A DNA stretch of 64,000 nucleotides from Antedon mediterranea (Eukaryota > Animalia > Echinodermata): positions 20,894,001 to 20,958,000 of the forward strand of contig NC_092671.1 in the NCBI RefSeq assembly GCF_964355755.1. Direction: 5' to 3'. Position numbers and translations under genes: made by a program. Positions 24,701 to 38,420 of the stretch are shown one piece after another. The notes under the pieces were generated by a model that saw only the letters and a list, made by a program, of their open reading frames with translations, had not been told where the DNA came from and did no database searches. Each line of letters opens with the position of its first letter. Position 1 is the stretch's first letter.

Positions 24701-27700
24701 CAATATTTCACGTGTTCAAATTTCTTCTACACGTTAATATGTTGTTGCTGAGATAATGTCATTCTGAAATTTTTACTTTTGCATTTCATTTTGAAACCTT
24801 CAAGATGTTAAAAATTACAATAAAATACGGGTCCCGTAATTTCACCTATTTTACAATGCTTGTGATGTGTATACAGATTGTACTGTGTATACTATGTATA
24901 TGACACAAAATAACAGAATTCAGAAATAACAACATATAGTCCAGATCCCTATGTCAAAAAAAGTGCCTTCGTGTGCAGATTATGGGGAAAGTGTAAACAT
25001 TGTGTTTTATGAATATTTGAATCATGCTGGTTATAAAAACCCATGTTGTCAAATTTCTAAAATTCATCTTTGACCTCTGACCTCAATTTGAATGTTTTGA
25101 CCCATTGAAAACAAAATGATCATATCTTTGCAACGCTAAGATTAAATTAAATAATTTTAGTGTCAAATTATTTGGGAGATGCATATTAATATTCGTTCTA
25201 ATGGAAAAGTTTGTCCAAAAATGGCTGGAAGTATGATTTTTGGCATATTTGACCTTTGACCTACATATCATATAACTCCGTAACTAATAGTTGGACAAAC
25301 TTTAAATAGGGCTCAAATTAATCTGAAGGTATATGTTTCTATTCAGTCTAATAAGAACTTTTACAAGAAAATGACCCGAAATATTTTTATTGACCTTTGA
25401 CCTGTACTGGTAGTACATATTTCTATAATCTCAAAAACTATTTGCCTTAAAATGGTTGTTTTTGTGAAATGGTTCGAACAATTTACATTTATATGTTGTA
25501 TAATAACAACATTTCATAGAAATGTAAAAGAATTCTATTTATGATCACTAACTTTATAATTTATTAACATCACTAGCATTTGTTATAATATTAAAATGTG
25601 TTATATTTGCTGATTTTAAGCACTTCACATGAATTTATCAGAATTATGTGTATTTAATATAAAGTTTTTTTTTTTTATATAAAGAAAATTTAATTGTCTA
25701 TCAAATAAGACTATTTTCAAATTATTATGGCTAAAACTTAATTAGATACGGGCAAAAAAGTGTATTTTTACTTGTGTGAACAGCGCCCTCAATCTTCATT
25801 TTTTCCCAAAAAATACCACATTTTTATGTGTTTTCCTGAACTAAACAGGTTATAACTTTGTTTTAAAGACTTTTTACAGTAACCTGTAATTTACATACCT
25901 CTTTTATAACGTACTAGGTCAGTTTCTGAAAAAATTGAGAAAAATATTCCAATAGCTTGATATTTTTGTTGAGGTTATTACATGATACACACAAAAAAAA
26001 AATTTTAATTTTGAGCTAAAAGTCCATCTTTTTGGTTTAATAAAAGCTATCTAGCAGATATTAATACGCAAAATTCATATTTTATTGGATAGATATTATG
26101 ATTATCTTTCCAATAAAATATGCTGTTTGTGTAAGAATGGCTGTACAAGATTGTTTGTACTGGACCAAAAAAGATGGATTTTTAGCACAAAATCAAAATA
26201 TTTTTAGCATGCACCATGTAATGACCTCAGGAAAAATATCAAGCTATAAAAATATTGTTTTCATTTTATCTCAGAAACTTACTTAGTATATGGTAGAAGG
26301 TGTATGTAAGTTACACGTCACTGACAACAAATCTTTTAAAAAGTTACAACCAGCTAAGTTTATGAAACCACATAAAAATGTGGTATTTTTTGGGGAAAAA
26401 TTAAGATTGAGGGCGCTGTTCACATAAGTAAAAATACACTTTTTTGCCTGTATCTAATTAAGTTTTAGCCATAATAATTTGAAAATAGTCTTATTTGATA
26501 GATAATTAAATTGTCTTTATATAAAAAAAAAACAACATTATATTAAATACACATATTTTCTGATAAATTCATGTGAAGTGCGTAAAATCAGCAAATATGA
26601 CACATTTTAATATTATAACAAATGCTAGTGATGTTAATAAATTACAAAGTTAGTGATCATAAATAAAATTCTTTTACATTTCTATAAAATGTTGTTATTA
26701 TAAAACATATAAATGTAAATTGTTTGAACCATTTCACAAAAACAACCATTTTACGGCCAATAGTTTTTGAGATTATAGAAATATGTACTACCAGTACAGG
26801 TCAAAGGTCAATAAAAATATTTCGGGTCATTTTCTTGTAAAATTTCTTATTAGACTGAATAGAAACATATACCTTCAGATTAATTTGAGCCCTATTTAAA
26901 GTTTGTCCAACTATTAGTTACGGAGTTATATGATATGTAGGTCAAAGGTCAAATATGCCAAAAATCATACTTCCAGCCATTTGTGGACAAACTTTTCCAT
27001 TAGAACGAATATTAATATGCATCTCCCAAATAATTTGACACTTAAATTATTTCATTTAATCTAAGCGTTGCAAAGATATGATCATTTTGTTTTCAATGGG
27101 TCAAAACATTCAAATTGAGGTCAGAGGTCAAAGATAAATTTTAGAAATTTGACAACATGGGTTTTTATAACCAGCATGATTGAAATATTCATAAAACACA
27201 ATGTTTACACTTTCCCCATGATCTGCACACGAAAATACATAGGGATCTGGACTAATATCATATTCTTCAGTTCAGGTCATAATGCCTTAATATTTTTCTG
27301 TGTGCAATATTCTAACGTATGACGTGCACGTGGCGTTTGTCGAGCGGATAACTAACTCGTCAAAGTGACGAGTTTCATGTCTAGTTCTTATTTCTTTCCC
27401 ATTTTTTTGTGAGTCACGTTTCTCTAAAATGTGTAAACATAACATTTTATAACTTTGACAACATGTGGGCATTTACGTGAAGTTGTGCATCTCCTATTTT
27501 GAATGACGTCAGAGTTGCGCAACGTGACTTGCGCATGATTTTATGATTTTTAATGATTGATCATAGCTTAAAAACCAAGAGTAATTTTTTTTTTACCCTT
27601 TATGAAAATTTAAGTCATATCAAGGGCAAACTGTTAGTGCACTAAAAATGGCATGTTTTACAAAAAGTTATGCGTGCACGCGCATTTAAAATTTCAAAAT

Positions 27701-30700
27701 GCGCAAAATTAATTTCTAATCAACTTTCTACGCGTTTCATGTCATTTTAAGCATGTAAAAAATTCCCACGCGTGCGCACATTTTTACGTGTGCGGTGCGC
27801 ACGTAGCATTAAAAACATATTTTTTTCGAGTGATTTATGTTTTTCCAGCCTTTTATAGTAATTTTACCAACTTTTAAACACTTTCGACTTAAAGTTACGT
27901 CAAACGAGCACGTCGAATTGGACAATTTGCGCACGTTTTTGATGAAAAAGTACAAACATTTGTCAAAATTATGCCTTTTTTTAAACAGTCGTAATTTCTA
28001 AACTACACGGTCAACTTTTTGTGGATGACATATTCCGGAAGTTGATGAGTTGTAGATATCAAATCATGTATTAATATGGCTAACCGGACATTTTAACGTC
28101 ATCGTATGGCCACGCGAATATAAAATTGAGGATTTTTGTATCTTTCGTCATAGCTCATCACATTTAATAGAGCGCATCTCCACTTATCCATTTTCCATTT
28201 TCACCCCGATTTTGATATTGTCTAGGTCAATCAACTATCTTTCGCATGAGTTAAAAATATTTTAATTATTATGACGTCATCATGCCTAAAAATTTAAATT
28301 ACATGTGGCATTAATTTCATCTTTACAGTAAATTTCAATCTGTTATAGCTCGTAAGAATAAAATGTGATAATCACAATTAAAACGTTTTCTTGAAGCTAT
28401 TGGATTGTAGATACAAAATCATGTGAAAATTTTGCCAATCGGATGTGGTGTCGTCATCATATGGCCAGTTAAATAAAAAAAGTCGTATTTTCATATTTTG
28501 CGTTATAGTTCATTACATTTAAAAGAGCGCGCATTAATATTTCACGTATTCAAATTCCTTCTACACGTTAATATGTTGTTGCTGAGATAATTTCCTTCCA
28601 AAATTGCTACCTTCGCGTTTCATTTTAAAACCATCAGCATGTTAAAAATTGCAATAAATAGCGGGTCCCGTAATTTCCCCTATTCTACACTGTATGTGAT
28701 ATGTATACAGATTACACTGTGTATACTATATGAATCAAAATAATAGAATTCAGCACTAACAACATATCATAGTCTTCAGTTCAGGTCATAATGCCATAAT
28801 CTTTTTCCGTGTGCAATATTCAAACGTATGGCGTGCACGTGGCGTTTGTCGTGCGGATAACTAACTCGTCAAAGTGACGAGTTTCATGTCTAGTTTTTTT
28901 TTCTGTATTCTTCTTTCTTTCTGTCATTTTTGTGAAGAGCATATCTCAAAAACGTGTACAGTTAACATTTCATAACTTTGTCAACATATGGGCATTCACG
29001 TGAAGTTGTGCTTTTTTATTTTTGAATGACGTCAGAATTGCGCAACATGACTTACGCGCGTTTTAACGAATTTAGCGTATTTAACATTAATCAAAAACCA
29101 TATAACAATTTAAATTGAAACTTAGCAAAAGTTTAATTTATATTCTGCGCTAACCGACTGTGAAAAAAAAATTCCCACGCGCGCGAATATTTTTACGCGC
29201 GTGGTGCGCACGTAGCGTTGAAAACAATTTTTTTCGCGTGATTTAGGTTTTTCCAGCCTTTTCTAGTAATTTTACCAACTTTTAAACGATTTCGACTTAA
29301 AATCACGTCATACGAGCCCGTAGAATTGGATAATTTATGTGCGTTTTTTATGAAAAAGTTCAAAAATTCATCAAAATTTGTTAAAATTATACCTTTTTTT
29401 AAACAGTTGTAGTTTCTAAACTAAACGGTAAAAGTTGTTTTTATTACGTTTTCTGGAAGATGATGAGTTGTAGATATCGTATCATGCATCAATATGGCTA
29501 ACCGGACATTTAGACGTCATCGTATGGCCACTCGAATATAAAATATAGGGATTTTTTCTCTTTTGTCATAGCGCATCACATTTAATAGAGCGCATCTCCA
29601 CTTATCCGTTTTCCATTTTCACGCCGATTTTGATATATATCTAGGTCAATCAACTATCCTTTGCATGAGTTAAAAATATTTTAATTTTTATGACGTCATC
29701 ATGCTTAAAAATTTAAATTACGTGTGCCTTTAATTTCATCTTTACAGTAAATTTCAATCTGTTATAGCTCGTAAGAATAAAATGTGATAATCACGATTAA
29801 AACGTTTTCTTGAAGCTATTGGATGGTAGATACAAAATCATGTGAAAATTTTGCCAATCGGATGTGGTGACGTCATCATATGGCCAGTTAAATAAAAAAA
29901 GTCGTATTTTCATATTTTGCGTCATAGTTCATTACATTTAAAAGAGCGCGCATTAATATTTCACGTATTCAAATTTCTTCTACACGTTAATATGTTGTTG
30001 CTGAGATAATTTCCTTCCAAAATTGCTACCTTCGCGTTTTATTTTAAAACCATCAACATGTTAAAAATTGCAATAAATAGCGGGTCCCGTAATTTCCCCT
30101 ATTCTACACTGTATGTGATATGTATACAGATTACACTGTGTATACTATATATGAATCAAAATAATAGAATTCAGCAATAACAACATATCATAGTCTTCAG
30201 TTCAGGTCATAATTCCATAATCTTTTTCCGTGTGCAATATTCCAACGTATGGCGTGGACGTGGCGTTTGTCGTGCGGATAACTAACTCGTCAAAGTGACG
30301 AGTTTCATGTCTAGTGTCATCTTCTTTCTTTCTGTATGATTTTTGTGTAACGCTTTTCTCTAAAACTTGCAAACATAACATTTAGTTAACTATGTTAACA
30401 TTTTGACATTTATGTAACGTCGTCAAGCGAAGCTTTTCATGATGTTTACAATTGCGCAACGCGACGTACGCGCGATTTAACGATTTTCTTGTATTTAACA
30501 TATGTCGAAAACCAAATAACATTTTAGAGTGAAACTTTGCAAAAGTTTAATTTATATCATGCGCTAACTGTCTGTTGAAAAAAAATTGCGTGTTTTACAC
30601 AAAGTTACGCGCGCACGCGCATTTAAAATTTCACAATGCGCAAAATTAATTTCTAATCAACTTTCTACGCGTTTCATGTCGTTTTAAGCATGTAAAAAAT

Positions 30701-31844
30701 TCCCACGCGTGCGCAAATTTTTACGTGTGCGGTGTGCACGTAGCATTAAAAACAAATTTTTTCCGCGTGATTTATGTTTTTCCAGCCTTTTCTAGTAATG
30801 TAACCAACTTTTAAACAATTTCGACTTAAAGTAACGTCATACGAGCACGTCGAATTGGCCAATTTGCGCGTGTTTTTGATGAAAAAGTTAAAAAAATCGT
30901 CAAAATTATGCCTTTTTTTAAACAGTCGTAATTTCTAAACAGCATGGTCAACTTTTTGTGGATGACATTTTCTGGAAGTTGATGAGTTGTAGATATCGGA
31001 TCATGTATTAATATGGCTAACCGGACATTGTGGCGTCGTGTGGCCACGCGAATATAAAATTTAGGTTTTTTTTATCTTTCGTCATAGCTCATCACATTTA
31101 ATAGAGCGCATCTCCACTTATTCGTTTTCCATTTTCACCCCGATTTTTATATTGTCTAGTTCAATCAACTATCTTTCGCATGAGTGAAAAATATTTTAAT
31201 TTTTATGACGTCATCATGCATAAAAATTTTAATTACGTGTGGCATTAATTTCATCTTTACAGTAAATTTCAATCTGTTATAGCTCGTAAGAATAAAATGT
31301 GATAATCACGATTAAAACTTTTTCTGGAAGCTATTGGATTGTAGATACGAAATTATGTAAAAATGTTGCCAATCGGATGTTGTGATGTCATCATATGGCC
31401 AGTTAAATAAAAAAGGTTGTATTTTCATCTTTTGCATCATAATTCATTACATTTAAAAGAGCGCGCATCAATATTTCACGTATTCAAATTTCTTCTACAC
31501 GCTAATACGTTGTTGCTGAGATAATTTCCTTTCGGAATTGCTACCTTCGTGTTTCATTTTAAAACCGTCAACATGTTAAAAATTGCAATAAATAGCCGGT
31601 CCCGTAATTTCACCTATTCTATGTATGTCACTGTATGTGATATGGATACAGATTATACTGTGTATACTATATATGAATTTAAATAATAAAATTCAGCAAT
31701 AACAACATATCATATTCTTCAGTTCAGTTCATAATGCCAACGTGAACACTTCCTTTTGTCCTCAACCTATCCCCTTAATGTTAATGTTGCACCACTTGCG
31801 CGGCGGATAACCAAACTCGTCAAAGTGACGAGTTACATGTCTAG
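21719..31844 (+). mobile_element. Five serially nested Helentron-like family A elements
   Basis: Heads TTAGTTATCCGC..(G/A)CGGATAACTCCTTGT at 21719, 21774, 21850, 21905 and 21984. Tails ending CTAG at 23549, 27384, 28893, 30314 and 31844. Confidence 0.9.
24937..27254. mobile_element. 2.3 kb palindromic (fold-back) Academ-like element
   Basis: TAGTCCAGATCCCTATGT...ACATAGGGATCTGGACTA. The 3-bp TSD ATA is confirmed by the empty site acaacATAtcata in other A units. The arms meet at ~26095. Confidence 0.88.
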
Positions 31845-33437
31845 TTCCGCTTTATTTCTTTCTGTACAGATTTTGTGTGTCAATTATCTCAAAAAGTAAA
31901 ATGTCAATGATCACAACAATTTTACAATATCTTCCAAATACTTTAACTTAATCCTAATAAGCTTTTCAGCGTGATCACTCAACCGTGACGTCATTTATAC
32001 GCCATTTTGTGAAATCACATTATCAATCATATCTCCATAATTCATTATCACATATTAATGAAATTTATTACACGTAAACTTCAGGTCAAGGGTAAAAATA
32101 TAAGCAAGTAAAAACGCACGTGCACGTAGAGTCATGCGCGTAAAATCGCGCGTTCAAAATTTAAAAAGCTCAAAATTAAGTTTTAATCAATTTAGAGCAT
32201 GAATTAGGCCATTTGCGTGTTTCAAAAAATTACTGCGCAAAAATGCGTTTTTCAGCGCGCGATTCTTAAAAAGCGTAAAAATATGATTTTTTTGTAGAAA
32301 TCGCATTCTACTCACCATCCTTAGTACATTCACCGAATTTGAGTTCGTTCCGACTTAAAATAACGCTATACGAGCATGTTAAAAATGACAAAATGCGCAC
32401 ATTAACTGCATAAAAGTGCTGAAAATGATGAAAAATAAGGCATTTTTAAAATGAAAATCATTCTTCAGAATGCACGATGACCCCCAATTTTTTTTAATTA
32501 TTCTGGAAGCCATTGAGTTCTAGATATAAATTCATGTACACATTTGACGTACAAAATGTTGTGAAGTCACCAAATGGCCACTCAAATTTAAAAATTAGGT
32601 TTTTTTCTCTTTTGTCATAGATTATCACATTCAACTGAGCGCATCTCGGTTATTTTGTGCCAGATTTTCGCTAAATTTTTTGTATATGATTGCTCATTTA
32701 ATTATCTTTCTCATATCTTACAGCTCTTCCGAATTAAATGTGACCTTGATGATTATAATTTATTATGAAAGCTGATGAAATGTAGATATGAATTCATATA
32801 AAAATTAAGCCTATCGAATGTTGTGATGTTATCATATGGCTAGTTGAAGTTAAAACGTTGTTTTTAAATTTCTTTAGTCGAAGTTATACAAATTTCAAAG
32901 AGCGCGCATTGCGCTTCTACGTGTCAAATTCTCTTCCAATCCTTATATTTATTTGCTCAATTAATTATCTTTCGAAATTGTCATCTTCGAGTTTATTTTG
33001 ATAATTCCATCATACCAAAAAAATAGAACATGATGTGGGTCCCGTAATTTCACCTCTGCTACACTGTATATAGATATACAGATACTGTACATATTGTATA
33101 TGACACATAATAGGTACAACTCAGCACTATAAGTGTATATGCATCATGTCATAGGATGGCGTACATCAGCTTTTTACGATCGCATGTTAACGTACGTGCA
33201 TGTTTAAAAAGTGTTAATTTCATTAAAATGATAAAAATGATCACCTATAATTCGTCAAAGTGACGAATTAAACTCTAGTGATCTATTAATATTGTTCGTG
33301 GTCGATTATATAGAAGCTAAATTTCCAAAAAGGGTGATTTTTTTGGACAAAAATCACTCAAACATGACTTATAAATTGCGTTTTCAACTGGTATACAAGG
33401 TATTTCATCATTGTTTACCTCCGCCAAGGAGGTATAT

Positions 33438-36400
33438 GGGTGTTTCCATAAATAAAGGGGCCAAGGTGTGACATTAGGGTCAGAATTTCAAAGTGTGACA
33501 TTCTAAGTCTAATAATCAATTCTAAATAGTATACAGTATCATGTACTTGAACTAAAAAAAAAAAGCAAAATACACATTAAATCTGTTGTCTCTATGTAAC
33601 AGCATTTATATAGTATCAACATGCATAGCAAATTTCACGTGTAACGGAGACACCAAAATCACATTATCTACCCCTCTTATAACTTATTATTAATAACCTA
33701 AAACTGTTTAAATTGGATTTTTTAAATAGCTTTTGGGAACATCTTCAATGCAGAAAAATATTATTTAAATCACACCTTTTCAAATTTAAAAAATAGCTTA
33801 TGACATAATTATGCAAAGCCGTTAAAGTTGACTTAATTTCTATATAAAAGATTTGTAAAGTCACTGCTGTTTAAAAATTACATGTAAACAATACAGAAAT
33901 GAACAGAATATACAAGTATATACATTTACTAGCAACAAGTCAAATCAGGATCATACCTCTATGTGGAAATAAAACAATATGGTTCATGAAATATAAATGG
34001 AAGATTTCACGTGTAACGGAGACACCAAATGTTCACTTTAACTCGTCACAATGTTTTATGAAATGGTTTGATATGCAGCCATTTTTAAAGTGTAACAAAT
34101 GTGGTTACTACTGCATACAATTGATAAACTGGTAAAAATAGTATATCAAATACTATCTTTTAATCAATAAAACAATATAATTCATGCAATAAAAAATTGA
34201 AGTTTTCACGTGTAACAGAGACACCAAAAAGTTCACTTAAATAAGTCAACAAGAACTACTAGATTATTTTCAAAGTGTGACAACTGTAATTACTACTGCA
34301 CACAACAAACTGCTAAAATATACTATTAATAGTCATTTACAGTAAAATCATTGAGAATACATTTGGATATACTTCACATTAACACTTGTTCAATCATTAA
34401 AACGTATAATCTATATAAATTTACGTAAGGGAAAAATTTGGTAAATCGCGCATTACTTCTAAAATGTTTACTCAATGGTATATAAAGTTGGTTCGTACTT
34501 TCAGTGCTGATTTTAACCACCTAATTTAATTTCAGTTATGTAATTTTTTTTTACGCTGAAATTACTGTGTATTCGAGAACCGTCTGTGGGCTGATGTTTC
34601 TTTGGTTGGTCTTTTTGTTGATGCGGCACCTCTATTTTTGGGGTTAAATGCAGTTTTCAATTGGAACGGTAACATTGTTGATAAACTGCTGATCTGTATA
34701 GATGAAAAAGAAAGAAAAGATTTGCCCATCTGGGTTAAATTTGATTCATCATCATATAGAAATATAAAGTATGTAATTAAGTATTTTTAATATAAATTAT
34801 ACAAATTTAAATAAAAATAAATATATCTATTATTATTATAAAATATGTTAGGCCTACTATACTAAAGAAAGTGTTTTCTTATCTTATGTTGATGGATTAT
34901 AATATTTATTATTAATAATTATTAATTATAAAACAATAAATGAACACTGTATATATTTGTCTTTCTTGAGTTATGCTCATAAATTGATTTGACTAACTAT
35001 TGCTTTCTTTTCAGATTATTAGTTTAAAATATTAATTTTATTCATCAAATATTTATTATTATCATTTTATTATTATAATAAAATTAATATGTTACTGATA
35101 ATTTTGTCTTAGTTATACTGGGTATAAATGTTTTTTACGTATTATTTTTAAATGTTGTAAAATGTCTGTTGACTTTATTTCTCATTCTTTTATAATTGTT
35201 TTTAAACCACATCGAGAAAACAGTAGACTAGTTATAATGTTGAAGTCTATGGAATATATTTAAAACGAAGAGTAAATAAAGGTTCCCCATTATACTAAGC
35301 GCGATCTCTTTGTAGGGAGCCGACTAAGCAAGCGTGTGGGTTTTGGCCAACAAAATAAAGGTTCACCGAACCATGACCGAAATGATACCAGTCACCCCAT
35401 TTGAGCACCGGGAGTCGCCGAGACCGGCAATCACGATGGTTTTCAATAAAAATTAAAAAATAAATGTTCATCAAACTGAACAGCTAAAAATAAACGCGAT
35501 CTCAATTAGGAGGAGAATTTTATTAGCCAAGCACGTGGTGTTTCGGAAAACCCTATTAATAATTATCGTACATGGAGTATATACACTGTCGCTGTAGAAA
35601 TACCGCCGGAGTCGCCGAGTCAGCTAAAAAATAAACGCGATCTCAATGTGGAGGAGAGTTCATTAGCCAAGCACGTGATATTTCGGAAAACCCTTAATAA
35701 TTATCGTACAGACCTGTAGAAATACCAGTCACCCCTTTCAGCTTCGGAGTCGCCGAGCCAGCTAAAAATAAACTTATCGCAATGTGGAGCAGAGTTCATT
35801 GCCCAAGCACGTGGCAATACTATCCTATTACTACTGTATAAGTATTAGGAGAACCTATTGTTCTTTGTTGTTTTGATTTGATTTCGTTCATAATAAATTG
35901 TTATCCACAGCCTTGCGTTTATATTATACGTAATTGTTTTTATCAATTTAAATAAAGTTATTAATTATTATTAAATTTATAAAACCTTAGTATATCTTCC
36001 GTAGATTGTAATTGAAACAAGTTAAATATTCCCTACACATCAAGTGAAATCGCCCAAATATGATAGGCGCGCATACGCGACAACCAAGTTGCTTGGACTC
36101 GCTCACTATAGTGGAGGGTATTTTAAATGTATATTATAGTAAACATTTAATTCATATTTTATCTTGTCGAATAGCAACGTTAAATAAATAAACAAAATTA
36201 TGTACTAATATTACACATTATTTTGTGTAATATGTTTTTTATTATAACTGAAATAAACCAAATACAATTCTTTTTTTTCCCACAGTAACAAATAGAATAG
36301 TCAAAAACGACGAATTTGTTTTTATTCTGAAAGTGGTTGTAAACTATGGACTTTTATCCCTATTTCTTGTGACAATAATTAAATAACTTTTTATTTTTCT

Positions 36401-37728
36401 GTGTCATATAGAAGCAATAACCAAATAGCAAACGCATAATGTAAAATTTAAAGATTTTATGGTAACTAATTGCTAATTATTTGCAAAATACTACACCAGT
36501 ATAAGGTCTAGTACACTACGTAACAAGACACGGCGTATCTTCTACGATGTTACGCTGTAACCTGCCTAGTGGAAAATGTTTTGCAATTTTGCTCATTAAT
36601 TTGTTAAATATTAATCAATTACAGACATATCTGTTCATAGGTATACATTATGAAGCTGCTATGAGATAAACAACATTCCTACCACATTAAAACAAATATC
36701 AACTATATAGTATCAACAAACTACCAACGTAACCGTGTCTTATTGTGTATACGACACTCAGTTTTTGACTATGATGTTGACGTTAGAGTACGAAGATAGT
36801 TTTGGCGTTTAATTTTCTTGTATTTTTCATTATAACCCACTATTTTCTAAATTCTAAAAACTAACAAAATAAAAATACACAAAACTTACATGCAATGAAG
36901 CGCGTAGAAGTTATTTACAACGTAACAGTTGAAACAACGTAACAGAGGGACACGAAAAGTCTCTACCGCTGTAACTCGAAATTAGCGCGGATCCTAGCGA
37001 TGATTTTTTCGCCGAGACTTTAGTTCGCCTGCTTCTTGAATCACGTGACCTTCAACTTCAGAAATAGCTCTCGCGGCGTTCACCACCGATGGTCTATGAA
37101 TAACTACGTAACGAATATACGAGACACGAAATGTTCTAAAAAAATAGTTTTTCGTCTGTAACTGACTAAATAAAATCGCCATTTTGTAGAACATTGTATA
37201 AGGTAAATTTCAGTGATCTGTTGTAGTGAATGTAATTCGATTTTCGTCATTATAGTGGTTCTTGTGTCTGTTCACTAATAAAGATTGTACTAACAACGTA
37301 ACAAAGTGAGACACGAAATGTTACGTTGTGATGCTGGACGTCGCGGACCGTTGTGTGGAAAACAAAAAATCGTGGGAAATTGTAATTAGCTTATATTTAA
37401 CCTTGCTTTGTACTCTATTTAATTGTGATGATAAAGAAATACAAAATAACTATTGCTGTACTATATTTTTTAAACTCTGATATGTCAGTGTATTTAAATG
37501 TCACACATATTTTAATAAAATGAGCTAGACACCACGATATATTTTTTTTTTTCATCGTTTTTTTTTGCAATTTTTTTTTTCCAACATGTAATAGTATTAA
37601 CCCATATTATTGTTCTATCATATGATAAAATTATTTTTTAAATAACTATTACCAATTTAGAGTAAACAGCAAACTAACTATCACCAATACTAAAATACCC
37701 ACTGGCCCCTTAATTTATGGAAACACCC
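33438..37728. mobile_element. 4.3 kb non-autonomous TIR transposon, Sola2-like
   Basis: ~26 bp TIR GGGTGTTTCCATAAAT(A/T)AAGGGGCCA and 4-bp TSD ATAT. Subterminal repeats CACGTGTAAC(G/A)GAGACACCAAA x3, and three internal ~130-150 bp repeats at ~35410-35810. Confidence 0.78.
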
Positions 37729-37757
37729 ATATGTAATCGGTAGCGTGTGTTTGTTTG

Positions 37758-38420
37758 TTACTTGGCCAAATTGAAAATTGGCCAAGTATGTTGATCTGTT
37801 TGGTTTGTTTGTTTGTTTGTTTGTCATCACTCTAGCGCTCACAGTTTTGATTCGAATGACTCCAAATTACTACCATACATGTCACCTGGTGCAAGGACGA
37901 CACTGTCCAATTTTGGTTAAAATCTTGACAACGGTCCCAATTCTGGACCAGTTTTAAAAATTATTTTCAGACTTGCTAGTGTTAAAAGATAGGACAGAAT
38001 TATCAAAAGCCGGTGTACAGTCTTAAATTAACAAGTTAACTAAAATTGCATTTTATCGAGAACTACTTCACCAAAAAACTTCATTTTTGTACAAGAGGCA
38101 AGAGTTATAATTTGTGATTTGTAATTTTAAAACATAAGTTGATTTAATATACAGGTTTTTTGATGCGAATAGTTTAAAAAACCTAATTCTTTTCAAATTC
38201 ACCCGTGTGTTTGTCGCGTTGCTGTTCTTGTTAGTCGGCTGAAGCTATTGTTAGTTGAAAGGCTGGTTACATAACCTTTACACCAAACTCGTATAAACAT
38301 GATTGTAGTGAAATTAGCCTAAATCACACAGCATAAGATATACACTTTTGGTGAAAATTGGGTCAATGTCAGGAGGCCAATTTTAATTTGGCCAAGTATC
38401 GCGCTATGCGCGAAGGCTAG
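37758..38420 (+). mobile_element. Complete Helentron-like family E element nested in the (TTTG)n tract of D
   Basis: Head TTACTTGGCCAAAttgaaaaTTGGCCAAGTA, then (TTTG)n. Tail AATTTGGCCAAGTA-TCGCGCtatGCGCGA-aggCTAG. Confidence 0.85.

Larger units (their letters stand above)
21665..33278 (+). mobile_element. Helentron-like family B element, outermost shell of the six-level nest 2
   Basis: Head TTAGGTGATCATTTagaataAAATGATCACCTA at 21665. The body resumes at 31845. Tail AAATGATCACCTA-TAATTCGTCAaagTGACGAATTA-aactCTAG ends at 33278. Confidence 0.88.

Noticed and set aside
34566-34694. Minus-strand exon-like segment after a good polypyrimidine/AG acceptor
   Set aside because: It lies inside the Sola-like element, has no similarity to STARD3, and has a weak donor. 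It could be captured sequence, but this is unsupported.
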